A DNA stretch of 64,000 nt from an uncultured Fibrobacterota bacterium (lineage in GTDB: Bacteria > Fibrobacterota > Chitinivibrionia > Chitinivibrionales > FEN-1185), in contig CAVWBU010000049.1 of assembly GCA_963753345.1 (NCBI GenBank), forward strand, positions 192,001-256,000. Direction: 5' to 3'. The notes below the pieces were generated by a model, which did no database searches, was not told where the DNA came from, and saw only the letters and a list, made by a program, of their open reading frames with translations. Positions 28,278 to 39,200 of the stretch are shown here, in pieces (position 1 is the stretch's first letter; each line of letters starts with the position of its first letter). The position numbers and the translations under genes are program-made.

Positions 28278-29960
28278 ATGACAAGGACTGGAATGATTTG
28301 CAAAGGAGTGGTTGTTTGCACCGTGGTTTTTCTCCTTGTAAATCCTACATGGGCTCAGGCTATGTATCCTCCCACCATGAAAAGACCGGTCACGTATTTC
28401 GACTTCCATCCCGACGGTTCCTGCCCGGACTTCAATCCCGGCACAAACCCCTCACTGTTGCTCCGGCACATGGTCGCCGACACGCTCGGCAGCGACAGCC
28501 TTCCCGCGCGAGGCGATTCCGTTCTGTACAGTTGGGAAATGGGGAAGTGGTTCAGGCCCTGGCGGCAGGGCAACGATTTTGAGCGGCCCGTGTACACCCA
28601 GAACGGACGCGTCGTGGCGAACCTTTCCACGGCCTTGTTCGACACGTCGTACAAGAACATGGTTTTCAACGATACGCTCACGTTCACCTACATTCCCGGC
28701 TCGGCGGGACTGTACCGGTATTCGAACGCCGCGTTCTGGCCGCTTGACAACAGGGGATTCGGCAACGAGCCGGCGAAAGGGTACAACGGAACGCTTATCA
28801 ACCCTGCGCCGCACAATTACTCCTTTGCAATGCATATGAAATACGCTTTCAGGTATTCGGCCGGCCTTGCCTTTGCTTTCGGCGGCAATGACGACATCTG
28901 GGTGTTTGTCAACCATAGGCTTGTGATTGACCTTGGAGGAATCCACGAAAACGCCTCGGATTCAATTGTTCTTGATTCCGACGCGGCCAATCGGTTGGGG
29001 CTGAACCCGGGCACTACGTACGATTTGGACATCTTCTGCGCCCAGCGCCAGGCCGACCAGTCGTCGATGGTCATGACCGTGCCCATTCTGATTCCTGTCG
29101 AACCGGTTCGTCTGATGATAAGTCTCGTTCCCAGCATCGACACCATTGCACCGGGCGGAGATTCCATCCCGATGCAGGCGATGATTTACGACGATACGGG
29201 CGGGCGCCATCCCGACCTTGCCGATTCAATTGCATGGACGCTTACGCCGACCGGAACCCGCAATTATCTCAAGTATTCAAAGGGTGCGGCGAATGTAGTC
29301 TATGTGCTCGACCCTTACACGTGGTTGACGGTTGCCGTCAGGTATCAGATTAATCCCGACTTGGTTCTCGTTGACTCGGCACGGTTTTATCTGAAGCCTT
29401 CGGTGGCACACAAATTGTTCATTGAGTCGGACACCGTCAATTGTTCGGGCTCGGGTGCCTTACAAGGGTGTTTTGCGCCTTCACCGTTGGATTCCATCGT
29501 TTTTTCCGGCGCCGTTGTCCAGAAAACCGCGGTGGCCATAGTTCGGGACACTTTCGGTAATTTTACCAGGTATTCGGCGACCGGTGAATGGAAATTGCTT
29601 TCCGGCAATGATGAGGTCAGCCTTTCGTTCCCGAAGGAACCGTATATCGCGCTTGTCCAGGCGATAAAGCCAGGGACTGCTTTTATGGAAGTGACTGACA
29701 CAGCGGGCGGCTTGACAATAAAGGATACCGTCAAAGTCATCGTGAAGGATGATATCGTTTCTGTAAAGTCGCATGGCGCGCCGCTTGAGACGTTCGGGAA
29801 AAATCGAGGAAAGCCGATCAGCGAATTCTTCAACCTCCGCGGCCAGAGGCTGCCTTCAAACTTGTACGGCATCTCCCGCACCGACGGCATCGTGCTTGAG
29901 CGGATAATCGATCCAACGGGAAAGATGAGCGTGAAGAAAAGTTTCGTCCCGAGTCCCTGA
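28278..29960 (+). CDS. Fibro-slime (PA14-like) domain secreted protein
   Basis: FWPLDNRGFG, HNYSFAMH, GNDDIWVFVNHRLVIDLGGIH; C-terminal FFNLRGQRL domain. Confidence 0.88.
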   Translation: MTRTGMICKGVVVCTVVFLLVNPTWAQAMYPPTMKRPVTYFDFHPDGSCPDFNPGTNPSLLLRHMVADTLGSDSLPARGDSVLYSWEMGKWFRPWRQGNDFERPVYTQNGRVVANLSTALFDTSYKNMVFNDTLTFTYIPGSAGLYRYSNAAFWPLDNRGFGNEPAKGYNGTLINPAPHNYSFAMHMKYAFRYSAGLAFAFGGNDDIWVFVNHRLVIDLGGIHENASDSIVLDSDAANRLGLNPGTTYDLDIFCAQRQADQSSMVMTVPILIPVEPVRLMISLVPSIDTIAPGGDSIPMQAMIYDDTGGRHPDLADSIAWTLTPTGTRNYLKYSKGAANVVYVLDPYTWLTVAVRYQINPDLVLVDSARFYLKPSVAHKLFIESDTVNCSGSGALQGCFAPSPLDSIVFSGAVVQKTAVAIVRDTFGNFTRYSATGEWKLLSGNDEVSLSFPKEPYIALVQAIKPGTAFMEVTDTAGGLTIKDTVKVIVKDDIVSVKSHGAPLETFGKNRGKPISEFFNLRGQRLPSNLYGISRTDGIVLERIIDPTGKMSVKKSFVPSP

Positions 29961-30084
29961 GAAGTTTTGGGAAGTGACAAAGTAATAAATTGATAGAGTG
30001 ACAAAGGGCAAACCAGTCGGGGGATGCGAAGCATCATTCTGTTCGGACGATTTGTCAAGAGCAAACCTCTACTTACTTCCTAAC

Positions 30085-30315
30085 AACTCTCGCTCGTGGG
30101 TGCCGGGAAAGGATCCCACGGGACAGAACAAAGTGTAGAATGCTCAGTGTATTTGTTTTCGCTCAAGGGCGACTGATCCACGCTAGAGCGGGATGCTGCC
30201 CGGACCGGCCCTGTGGGCCAATAGGACCGTGGCAGCCGAGCCTTGGCGTGACCGAGGAGAGCCGGTGCCGAGGGTAGGGCCGAGGCCTGGGAGAGAGCTT
30301 CTCTCCCCCGAGATT
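30085..30315 (+). repeat. Mosaic copy of the palindromic element family
   Basis: Module X ends CGTGGGTGCC and GGCCGAGGCC..GAGA..CTTCT..CCCC enclose an inverted module Y fragment matching 61020-61085. Confidence 0.6.
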
Positions 30316-30323
30316 TGTTATCC

Positions 30324-31503
30324 TTAGATGCTCTCCAGTCAATATTTTCCTCAATTCATCCTTCTCCAGCTTCGCCGGATTGTTCTTGTTGTCCGTCCTG
30401 TCAACTATCGCATCAACTGACGATGCGGTGACTCCAAATTTCCCCAGCTTCGGTATTTTCAAAACCCGCGCATATTCTTCGACTTTCTCTATCAGCATGT
30501 CGCAGGTCTCCCTTGCCGTGCCGCGCCGCTTGCCGCACAGGATTTCTCCGGCCCTGGCGTACTTGACAAGATGAGGCAACCCCGCCTCGGTCCGGGAAAG
30601 CGCGCGGATTGTTCTCCGAAGACATGGAGCAAGCAATGCTCCGCATACCACGCCATGCGGAACGGAAAACAATCCGCCTATCGACGACGCGAACCCGTGC
30701 ACCACGCCCAGTCCCGCGTTGGCGAGCGCCATGCCCGACATGAGCGCGGCGTAGGAGAGGTCCGCGCGCACGGCAATGTCCCGGCCTGCGCTCGTGCACG
30801 CAGGCACAAGGCTGTTCCTTATTCGCTCCAAACCGCTTTGCGCGAGTGCGTCGGTGAGCATGGACGCCTTTGTCGAAACGTACGATTCGAGAAGCTGGGT
30901 GAGCGCGTCAAGGCCGCAGGCCGCGGTAATGCCCGGCGGACAAGACACGGTGAGGCAGGGATCGACGACCGCAACATCGGGCATGAAATTGTCGTGACGC
31001 AGCGACTTTTTGAAACCGTTCGGGCCCACCCTGCTTATCACGGCGTTTCTGGTGGCCTCGCAGCCGGTGCCGGCCGTGGTCGGGACGGCCACAAAAGGCG
31101 CCTTGGTTCCCGGGTGAACCCTGGTGCCGACGTCTTCGAGATAGTCGGCCACGGTTCCGTCCACGCGGAGCATGGCCGAAATCGCCTTGCCCGCGTCTAT
31201 GACGCTGCCGCCGCCCGCCGAAAGCACCGCGTCGATGCCGCGGTTCCGGTTGGCGTCCACTGCGCCGTCGATGTCCTCGGGAGAGGGCTCGCCGGAAATT
31301 TCCCATTCGTAAAGTTCGACGGACGCCTTGGCAAGGCTGTCCGCGATTGCGGCGCAGGCGCCGGAGCGCGAAAGCGAATTCCTGCCGCGCACCAGGAGCG
31401 CCTTTTTTCCCAGGCCCGAAATAATTGTTCCCAGGCCGTTCGCAGCGTTCGGGCCGAAGTGAATGCACGGGATGCGGGCAAACCGGAACGGATTTATTTC
31501 CAT
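30324..31503 (-). CDS. Iron-containing alcohol dehydrogenase; probable +1 indel near the 3' end
   Basis: GGGSVIDAGK, VPTTAGTG, DALTQLLE, GLGVVHG, PHG. Removing one base near 30339 gives ...KILLESI-stop at 30324; the ORF track instead runs into a repeat to 30163. Confidence 0.85.
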
Positions 31504-31805
31504 TTGTCCTTTTCAAGAGGGCAAATTACTGCATAGGGAACGCCTTCGCGTGGTTTTTGCATCCAGGGTTCCACGGTTTTCTTCCACTCGATATAATGAG
31601 GAGTTGTCTTGTGCGCGGCGGCGTCCTCGTCCGATTCGTAGGCTTCGTAGAGCATGAATCGGCTCGGGTCCTCGGCGCTCTGCAAAACGTCGAAGCGCAG
31701 ATTGCCGGGTTCGCGCACCGAAGCTTCGTGATTCTTGACGGTCGCTTCGATGAAGCGGGTGATGGCGTCGGGTTTCACCTGGACCATGACGCTCGTGACG
31801 ACCAT
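31494..31805 (-). CDS. ABM-domain protein (LsrG/YgiN-like)
   Basis: EPGNLRFDVLQ, FMLYEAY, AAHKTTPHY. Confidence 0.85.
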   Translation of the reverse strand: MVVTSVMVQVKPDAITRFIEATVKNHEASVREPGNLRFDVLQSAEDPSRFMLYEAYESDEDAAAHKTTPHYIEWKKTVEPWMQKPREGVPYAVICPLEKDKWK

Positions 31806-32031
31806 AAGCGGCCTCCTTGCGGGAAATATTGCGGTCGGCTTTGATGCCGGGCGCTAAAGGGTTCTGCCGGGCATTTGAAACAAATATAAATACGTGAAAA
31901 ACTGGTGTACGACATTTTTTTTTAATATATTTAGGGGGTGGGACTGGGATCGATGAAGAAGTCCTGATTCCGGGGGGGATTTTATTAATCGGTTAACCCA
32001 CGTTAAATTCCCCTATTTTTCAAATTTCTCT

Positions 32032-32058
32032 TGAACTTTTCTGCTCAGTTGAGCGACT
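32032..32058 (+). promoter_or_regulatory. Shared ECF-type promoter motif, copy 2
   Basis: TGAAC-N16-GCGACT. Confidence 0.75.
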
Positions 32059-32156
32059 GTAACAGTGAAATATAGCAACCCGCTCGCGATATACTGGTAG
32101 TTCAATACGGGAGAAGCTCGGCGTTGCTCCGTTTTACACAGGAGGTTTGTTTACTT

Positions 32157-35100
32157 ATGCAAGACTCAAAGGTTTTTCTCCGGAAGATGATTGTTGCGGC
32201 CGCAGGCATGATTCTGGCATGGGCGTTTTCTTCAAGCGGGCAGGCGGTTTATCCGGCAAACCTGACAGTCCCGGTGACCTATTTCGATCAGCATTCTGAC
32301 GGATCAAACCCTGATTTCAATCCGGGCGACAACCCGGCCAGGGTCGTTCGCGGCATGGTCCAGCCGAAGCTCGACAAAGATGGATTGCCGGTAGGCACCA
32401 CTAATTATTTGTATAGCTGGGGCATAGGGAAATGGTGGCGCGCTTGGCCGCAAAGCCAGCTCGGACAGGGCAGCGATTATCTCCGGCCGACGTATGGTCC
32501 GCTGCTGCCGTTGCCAGGCGGGACGGCTCTCCTCGGCGTCAATACTGTGACATACGACACCTCGTACAAGAACATTATGATTCAGGACAATCTTGTTTTT
32601 ACCTACGTGGCCGGCTCGGAGGGAGTGTACCAGTACCAGAATGCAAATTTTTTTCCGCTTGACAACAGGGGGTTCGGGCAGGAACGTACGGTGAACTGGG
32701 ATGGAGGAATCCTCAACCCCGCTCCTCACAACTATTCGTTCGCCATGCATTTGAACAGAGGGTTCAAGTACCGGCCCGGACTCACCTTTCAATTTGAAGG
32801 CGACGACGACCTGTGGGTATTTATCAACGGCCAGTTGGTTCTGGACCTTGGGGGGATTCACACTACCGTGGCGGGCCAGTTTAATCTTGGAGGACCCAAT
32901 GACGCGGCTGGGCTGGCCGCGCAACTCGGTTTGAACCAGGGTGACTCGGCCACGCTCGACGTTTTCTACTGCGAACGGCAGTCCGTGGGTTCGGACATCA
33001 AGATCACAACCAACATAATTACGGCAAATCCTGTAAAGCTCGTTCTCAACATGCAACCCCCGGTTGACACTCTCGCGGCAGGAAGTTTTGCAACCTTTAC
33101 CGCAAAGGTTGTCGACGATACGGGAGGAGTACGTCACGAATTCGATTCGCAAATCAAGTGGGCACTTTCTCCCGCAAGTACGAGCAGTCTCACCAACGCT
33201 ACAGGCGGCGCCGACACTTTCTATGCGCGGCAGGCGTACGTATGGGATACCATTCGCGCGTCGTTTACAAGCCCGATTAATGACTCGGTCCTGTGGGCGG
33301 CCGATACCGTATACGTCAAGGCCGGCCCGCCCTACCGGGTATGGATCGAACCGGACACCAATATCAATGTCAACGACAGGAGCCCGGCGAGCCTTGCCCG
33401 TCTGCAGAATCCCGATCATGTTTCGCTTGTCACCATTTCCGACACCACGTCACAGGCCAATGTTTTCGGTGTGGTGCGCGACCAGTACGGAAACTTTGTC
33501 GGATTTGCAACGACTGCGCAATGGAGCGAATACGGCGCCCACCTCGGCATAGCCAATGTATCGGCATCCACCCCTCTGTATGTCGGACTCATCCAGCGAA
33601 TCACCGGCGTTTTCGGAACGACCCAGGCCAAGGTTTCCGAACCCGGCCTCAATTTCGACACCACCACGGTGAGTATTCTCAACGGTTACATAAAGCAGCT
33701 CCGTTTTGTCAATGTCGCCACCAACCAGCCGATAACCGGGATCAACATCAACACCGACCAGGACATTACCGTCAAGCTTCAGGGCATCTTGTCAACCGAC
33801 GCAACCAACACGTGGATTGACGTTACCGGAACCTGGACGCTCACGCCGGGTATTGCGTCTGCGAATCCGATTCCAGCCGGAATCGCGGGCTCGTGGACCT
33901 TCAGTCCCACGGTGCCGGGCGGAACTTCCCAGCTTGCCGCGACCACGGGCACGGGCGCGCATGTCGTGACCGCCCAGATTCCGGTCGTAGTGACGCCGGC
34001 GCCTCCGTCGTCCGCAACCTTCACGGTTATCACCCCGCCTGCGGGCCGCATTGCCGGCGATACGATTCTGGCGGTGGTGACTATCTCCAACCAAGACGGC
34101 CTCGAACCGGGCCAGTATTGCTATGGCGGAGACACCGCCGCCCTGTACCACGACACGCTCGGCAAGGGTTCCGGTTCGCAGCCCGGCCCCACCATAACCA
34201 CCGGTGAGGGAAGCACGGGCCTCAACGCGGGAACAGGGAGCACCATCAAGACGCCGGAATGTTTCACCAACGGCGTCGATACCGTCAAGATCGTTCTCTA
34301 CAACGCGCCGTACACCGATCCGCTTGTCGGCATCGACACGCTGCATCAGCTGTCCGTCAATCTCAAAGGGGTCACGGCGGTGACCACGCCGTTCAAGCTC
34401 TTGCCCGGAGATTTGTACTCTCTGGAGCTCGAATCCGCCACCGGGGTCCATCTCACGGGCACCGACACCCTGGTGTATCCCGACGGCCATGCAACCATCT
34501 ATTCGGTCGGCTACGACAGGTACGGGAACGAGCGGGGGAGGGAGCTTGCCAACTGGAGCGTGACCAACACCCTTCATCCGCTCACGCAGAGCAGCAACAT
34601 TTCGGGGATTTACTATGACGCAAGCAACTCCACGTTTAACGAATCCGGCGAAGTTATCGCCAGGGCGGCGCGCTATCTCAACGGCGTTTTCCAGGACTCG
34701 CTGGCGGCGGACAGCCTCGGCATCGTCATCATCGGCCCTCCGTCGTCGCTCGATTCCGCGGTCACGCGCGACGCCAACGGTAACGGCTATCTTGACGAAA
34801 TAGAATTGTACTTCAACAAGCCGGTCACCATGCTTCCATCGACCAATTTCACCATCACCGCGAACGGGGTCGTCTTCCACGTGGACAGCGTGAGCGGCGT
34901 GGGAACAACAGGCGCGACCGGGACGCATTTTGTTGTATACCTGCAGGAGCAGCAGAACGGCCAGCCCCAGACCGCGTGGAAACCTCTGGTGACCATCACG
35001 GGAATGCAGGGAGTTTCCGATATCAAGAACTTCGTGGCCAAGGACGGGGCCGGTCCGGTGATCTGGACGGTCACCAAGACCATCGTCAATCCCGAGGACA

Positions 35101-35876
35101 GGTCGCAGGACGTTATCACCGTGACGTTCTCCGAGCCCATCACGGGGCCCGGCGGAAGCCAGTTTGCCTGGTCGACCGTGAAGCCGTCCTCTGTTCTTGC
35201 CGTGTACCTCCCCAATCCATCCGGGACAGGGTACGACACGCTGTATAACGCTCTCGACAGCATCGCCTCGTTTGCCCAGGTGATCGGCGACAGCATCGTC
35301 AAGTTCACCATGACAAACGGCAACGATATCACGGGGAACGATTACATGAACATCAAGGTGACGGCCGGGCAGATATTCGACGCGCGGGGGAACCCGCCCG
35401 TCACGGACAACCGGAAGGCGCCGGTGAAGGTGATCGGCGCGCTGCCTCCGCGGATTATTGCGGTGCCCAACCCGTCCGGTCCCACGTTCCTCCACGAGCA
35501 GCCCGGGACGCTTAATTTTGCAAACAATCCCAATGCGCGGAACTGGGTGAGGCTCGAGCGCGCCGGCACGGTGATAACGTTCAAGATTTCCCTACCGTCA
35601 ACCCCGGGAGAGGTCGTTACCGGGTATCTCAAGATCTATGACGCGGTGGGGAACACGGTGATCACCGCGAACCAGGGGGACGTGTTGTCGTCGCTCACCG
35701 TCAACCCGACCAATCTGAGCAGCGCCTACGACTACGACATTTACTGGAACGGGTCGAACGAGCAGGGCACCAAGGTGGCGCCCGGTGTTTATCGCACCGT
35801 TGTTTACCTTACGTACACTTCTCCCGCCAAGAGCGAGAAGAAGCGGCTGTGGGGCACGGTCGGGATAACGTACTAG
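32157..35876 (+). CDS. Fibro-slime domain surface protein, one stalk module (1239 aa)
   Basis: GGAGG RBS; signal peptide; FEGDDDLWVFINGQLVLDLGGIH; DANGNGYLD Ca-binding-like loop; C-terminal IYWNGSN..G.KVAPGVY (FlgD/CTD-like). Confidence 0.9.
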   Translation: MQDSKVFLRKMIVAAAGMILAWAFSSSGQAVYPANLTVPVTYFDQHSDGSNPDFNPGDNPARVVRGMVQPKLDKDGLPVGTTNYLYSWGIGKWWRAWPQSQLGQGSDYLRPTYGPLLPLPGGTALLGVNTVTYDTSYKNIMIQDNLVFTYVAGSEGVYQYQNANFFPLDNRGFGQERTVNWDGGILNPAPHNYSFAMHLNRGFKYRPGLTFQFEGDDDLWVFINGQLVLDLGGIHTTVAGQFNLGGPNDAAGLAAQLGLNQGDSATLDVFYCERQSVGSDIKITTNIITANPVKLVLNMQPPVDTLAAGSFATFTAKVVDDTGGVRHEFDSQIKWALSPASTSSLTNATGGADTFYARQAYVWDTIRASFTSPINDSVLWAADTVYVKAGPPYRVWIEPDTNINVNDRSPASLARLQNPDHVSLVTISDTTSQANVFGVVRDQYGNFVGFATTAQWSEYGAHLGIANVSASTPLYVGLIQRITGVFGTTQAKVSEPGLNFDTTTVSILNGYIKQLRFVNVATNQPITGININTDQDITVKLQGILSTDATNTWIDVTGTWTLTPGIASANPIPAGIAGSWTFSPTVPGGTSQLAATTGTGAHVVTAQIPVVVTPAPPSSATFTVITPPAGRIAGDTILAVVTISNQDGLEPGQYCYGGDTAALYHDTLGKGSGSQPGPTITTGEGSTGLNAGTGSTIKTPECFTNGVDTVKIVLYNAPYTDPLVGIDTLHQLSVNLKGVTAVTTPFKLLPGDLYSLELESATGVHLTGTDTLVYPDGHATIYSVGYDRYGNERGRELANWSVTNTLHPLTQSSNISGIYYDASNSTFNESGEVIARAARYLNGVFQDSLAADSLGIVIIGPPSSLDSAVTRDANGNGYLDEIELYFNKPVTMLPSTNFTITANGVVFHVDSVSGVGTTGATGTHFVVYLQEQQNGQPQTAWKPLVTITGMQGVSDIKNFVAKDGAGPVIWTVTKTIVNPEDRSQDVITVTFSEPITGPGGSQFAWSTVKPSSVLAVYLPNPSGTGYDTLYNALDSIASFAQVIGDSIVKFTMTNGNDITGNDYMNIKVTAGQIFDARGNPPVTDNRKAPVKVIGALPPRIIAVPNPSGPTFLHEQPGTLNFANNPNARNWVRLERAGTVITFKISLPSTPGEVVTGYLKIYDAVGNTVITANQGDVLSSLTVNPTNLSSAYDYDIYWNGSNEQGTKVAPGVYRTVVYLTYTSPAKSEKKRLWGTVGITY

Positions 35877-35880
35877 GCGA
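34742..35880 (+). repeat. ~1.14 kb near-identical 3' block, copy 1 (copy 2 at 39795-40925)
   Basis: Long exact nucleotide runs shared, e.g. TATCTTGACGAAATAGAATTGTACTTCAACAAGCCGGTCACCATGCTTCC. Confidence 0.9.
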
Positions 35881-35899
35881 ATAAGACATGGGACTGTAG

Positions 35900-35940
35900 A
35901 AATCCCGGGGAAGATTCTTCCCCGGGATTTTTCTGTTTTT
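35900..35940 (+). terminator. Intrinsic terminator
   Basis: AAATCCCGGGGAAGA/TCTTCCCCGGGATTT followed by a T-rich tail. Confidence 0.8.
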
Positions 35941-36089
35941 AAGCGGCACGACAAATGTATTTTGTTGTCCGGCCGATGTGATTTCTTGTAAAGTATGCGG
36001 GGGTGGGGGATCTTGCGTTGTGTCTGGGGGCTGCCCGGAAATCGCCGTGGCGCATCCTCAGCCTCCTCCTCTTATTTGCCCAATTATGC

Positions 36090-36116
36090 TGAACATTCAT
36101 CACCCATCGCGCGACT
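36090..36116 (+). promoter_or_regulatory. Shared ECF-type promoter motif, copy 3
   Basis: TGAAC-N16-GCGACT. Confidence 0.75.
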
Positions 36117-36223
36117 GTACATAAAACGAGCAGGCTCCGATTCCAATGATGTCGGGAAAGAGAAGCTTTCCGGCTTATTAAAATAACGCGGCACACGGTT
36201 CAAGACCGGGGGGGAATTTGCGT

Positions 36224-39200
36224 ATGGTAAAGCACAAGGCACTGTTGAGCGGCATTGCTTCGGTTGCAGCCGGAGTGCTGTTGTTCGTCTCGCATTTATA
36301 CGGACAGACGTTGTATCCACCGACGCTCAACGTTGGGGTGACCTATTTCGATTACCATTCCAATAGCTCATGCCCGGATTTCAACCCCGGCACCAACCCC
36401 AACATGGTGCTGGCCGGCATGGTAGGGCAGACTCTGGACGCCGACGGGCTTCCTGTTGCGGGAACCACCATGCTTTACAGTTGGGGAATTGCGAAATGGT
36501 TCCGTCCATGGAAACAAAGCTTGCTGGGACAAGGCAGTGATTTTCTCAGGCCTGCCTATGCCGCTGGGGGCAGGACCGTCACCGCCGTAAACACGGTCAC
36601 CTACGACACTTCCTATAAAAATGTCGTGATCCAGGACAGTCTTCTTTTCACCTGTATTGATCTGGTAAACGGCGTGTACCAGTTTAATAGCGCAACTTTC
36701 TTTCCGCTCAACACCAGGGGGTTCGGGCCCGATGACTCTACGAAAGACTGGAATTATTACTCGTATCCCGGCGGAGTCGTCCAAAACGGCGGCCAGAATT
36801 ATATCGGCCCTGCCGGCTTTCCCAATAACGCCGCAGTTGGAGATCGTCCGCCCAACCCTAACAATTATTCGTTCGGAGTGCATTTGAAAAAGGCCTTTCA
36901 GTACAGGGCGGGTCTTACATTCAATTTTGCAGGCGACGATGATATGTGGGTTTTTATCAATGGTAAACTGGTGTTGGACCTTGGCGGCATCCACCAAACC
37001 ACTCTGGGCAATTTCAACCTTGACGCCTTGGGGCCCGCACTCGGATTAAACCTTGGGGATTCGGCGACAATCGACGTTTTTTATTGCGAAAGGCAATCCG
37101 TCGGCTCCGACATTCTTATCACCACAAATATTATTTCCGGAGCTCCCGCCACTCTTGATCTCAAAATGCAACCGCCGGTTGATACGCTTGCCGCAGGCAG
37201 CATTGCCGTTTTCACCGGTTCTGTTCTTGACAACTTCGGCAAGGCCAGGCCTGAATTTAACCAGTATATTTTCTGGACCCTTACTCCCACCGGCACCACG
37301 AGTTCGATAAGTCCCACCTCCGGCCCGGTTGATACGTTTTATGCGGTTCAGGCATTCAAATCCTACATAATCACCGCGACATTCAATGATCCCGGTCAAA
37401 AACCGATTCCTCCGGTTTCCGACACCGTGTATGTAAAGGCCGGTCCTCCCGACCATCTGGTGATCGAGGCCGATCCCAACGGACTGACCCGCAGCCCGTG
37501 GCACGACGACCCGGTCGGCGGGAACGGTTCCATCACCATCGGTTCGGGTGACCTCAGCAAAAGCGTGTATGCCACGCTGCGCGACAAATACGGGAACTAC
37601 GTGGGGCAATCGACGAATACGAAGTGGGACACGATCCCGATCATCACGCACAACGTTGTAAAGGACAGCTCCGGAATCGCCGCGCAGGGCCAAGGGGTCA
37701 TCACCAAGCTCGGCGTCCCGAATGATTCCGAATTGGTAAGTGCCACGGCGCTGGCCCAGCCCTTGCTTACCGGTATCACAAAAACGATGAGCGACACGGT
37801 AAAGCTTATGTCTCGAACATCACCTACGATGCTTTACGGATAGTATCCCTTTCGCCGGGCGACACCGTTGTTCTTTCGTCCCTTGTCATGACCACCGACC
37901 AGGACACGTTCCTCACCGTGCAGGGGTTGCGCACCGCAATCAACGATTGGGTGAACGTGCCCGGCAACTGGTCTCTTTCCGCAAACCTCAAGTCCGATAC
38001 TGCCGCGCCCACGAGCAAGGTGAACTGGCTCTTTTCTCCAACGGACACGGGCAAGGGGACCATTACGGTCACGTTTGCGGGAAAGACCGTTTCGATTCCC
38101 GTTACAGTCAACCCGGGCGCGCCGCGCTCCCTTGTGCTGTATCCGCAGCCGGGCGTGCCGAGCGCCGCGAACAAAGCGTTGCCGCGCGACTCAACCGTTG
38201 TCGCGGGCGTCGATTTCCCTCTTGTCGCAAAGATGTTCGACCACAACAATGTCTGGCTCAGCTCGTATGAAAGCGCTGCCAGCAACACGCTCATAAGCTG
38301 GCAGCTCAGCGACACACCCATCGGCACTCTTACGCCGCTGTCCGGATACAAGGCGACCTTCAACTCGAAAAAAGCGAATGACAGCGTGGTCATCATCGCG
38401 ACGTTTAGGCAGGGCACCGCGACGTACTCGGACACCATCGGTCTCACCATTGTGCCCGGGCCGGTAAAGCAGCTCGTGATAGAGGCGAACAAAGATCCAA
38501 ACCTGAGCCCGAACGCCGCTGACCCGGTCGACAGCATCACCATCAATGCGGGCGAGACCACCAGGAGCGTTTACGCCATGCTGCGCGACGCCTACGGCAA
38601 CTGGGTGGCGTATTCGCAGGTAACGTTGTGGACGAGTTTCAACAATCTCGTTGCGACCGCGACCGGCGGCGTGGCGATCCAGGGCGAAGGGATCGTCACG
38701 AGGGCCACGGATTCCGGCGCCACGTTTGTCAGCGCGGTCGACGCCGAACCTGCCTATGCCTCGCTGCATCTTGCGGACACGATAAAGGTGATAATGGCCA
38801 ATATTTTCTATCGCGCGCTGCGCATTGTCGTGCGCGACTCAACGCAGATCGACACCCTCAGCATGAACACGAACCAGGACACCACGCTCAAGGTTCAGGG
38901 CCTCAGGTCCGACAACGGCCAGTGGGAATACGTGTCTGCGCAATGGAGCATGCAAACCGGGCTTTCAACCGATCCCATGCCGCCGGGTCAGGCGGCCAAT
39001 TGGACGTTCTCGCCGGTCACTCCCGGCAAGGGGTGGATCCATGTTTCCATGGCCAACGATTCCACGAAGCCCGATTCCGTTTTAGCAATCTTTACGCCGG
39101 GACCGCCCACCAAAGTGAGTATCGCGATCATCACACCGGCCAATCAATTGATTGCCGGCGACACGATACTGGCCCTTGTTCAGATTAATAACAAGGACGG

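Noticed and set aside
30163-30323. C-terminal extension of the alcohol dehydrogenase
   Set aside because: It runs through a palindromic repeat; a one-base correction gives a normal-length end at 30324.
33792-35495. Long antisense ORFs (also 2446-3384, 15851-17044, 19229-20458, 42734-43945)
   Set aside because: They are shadow frames of well-supported GC-rich genes.
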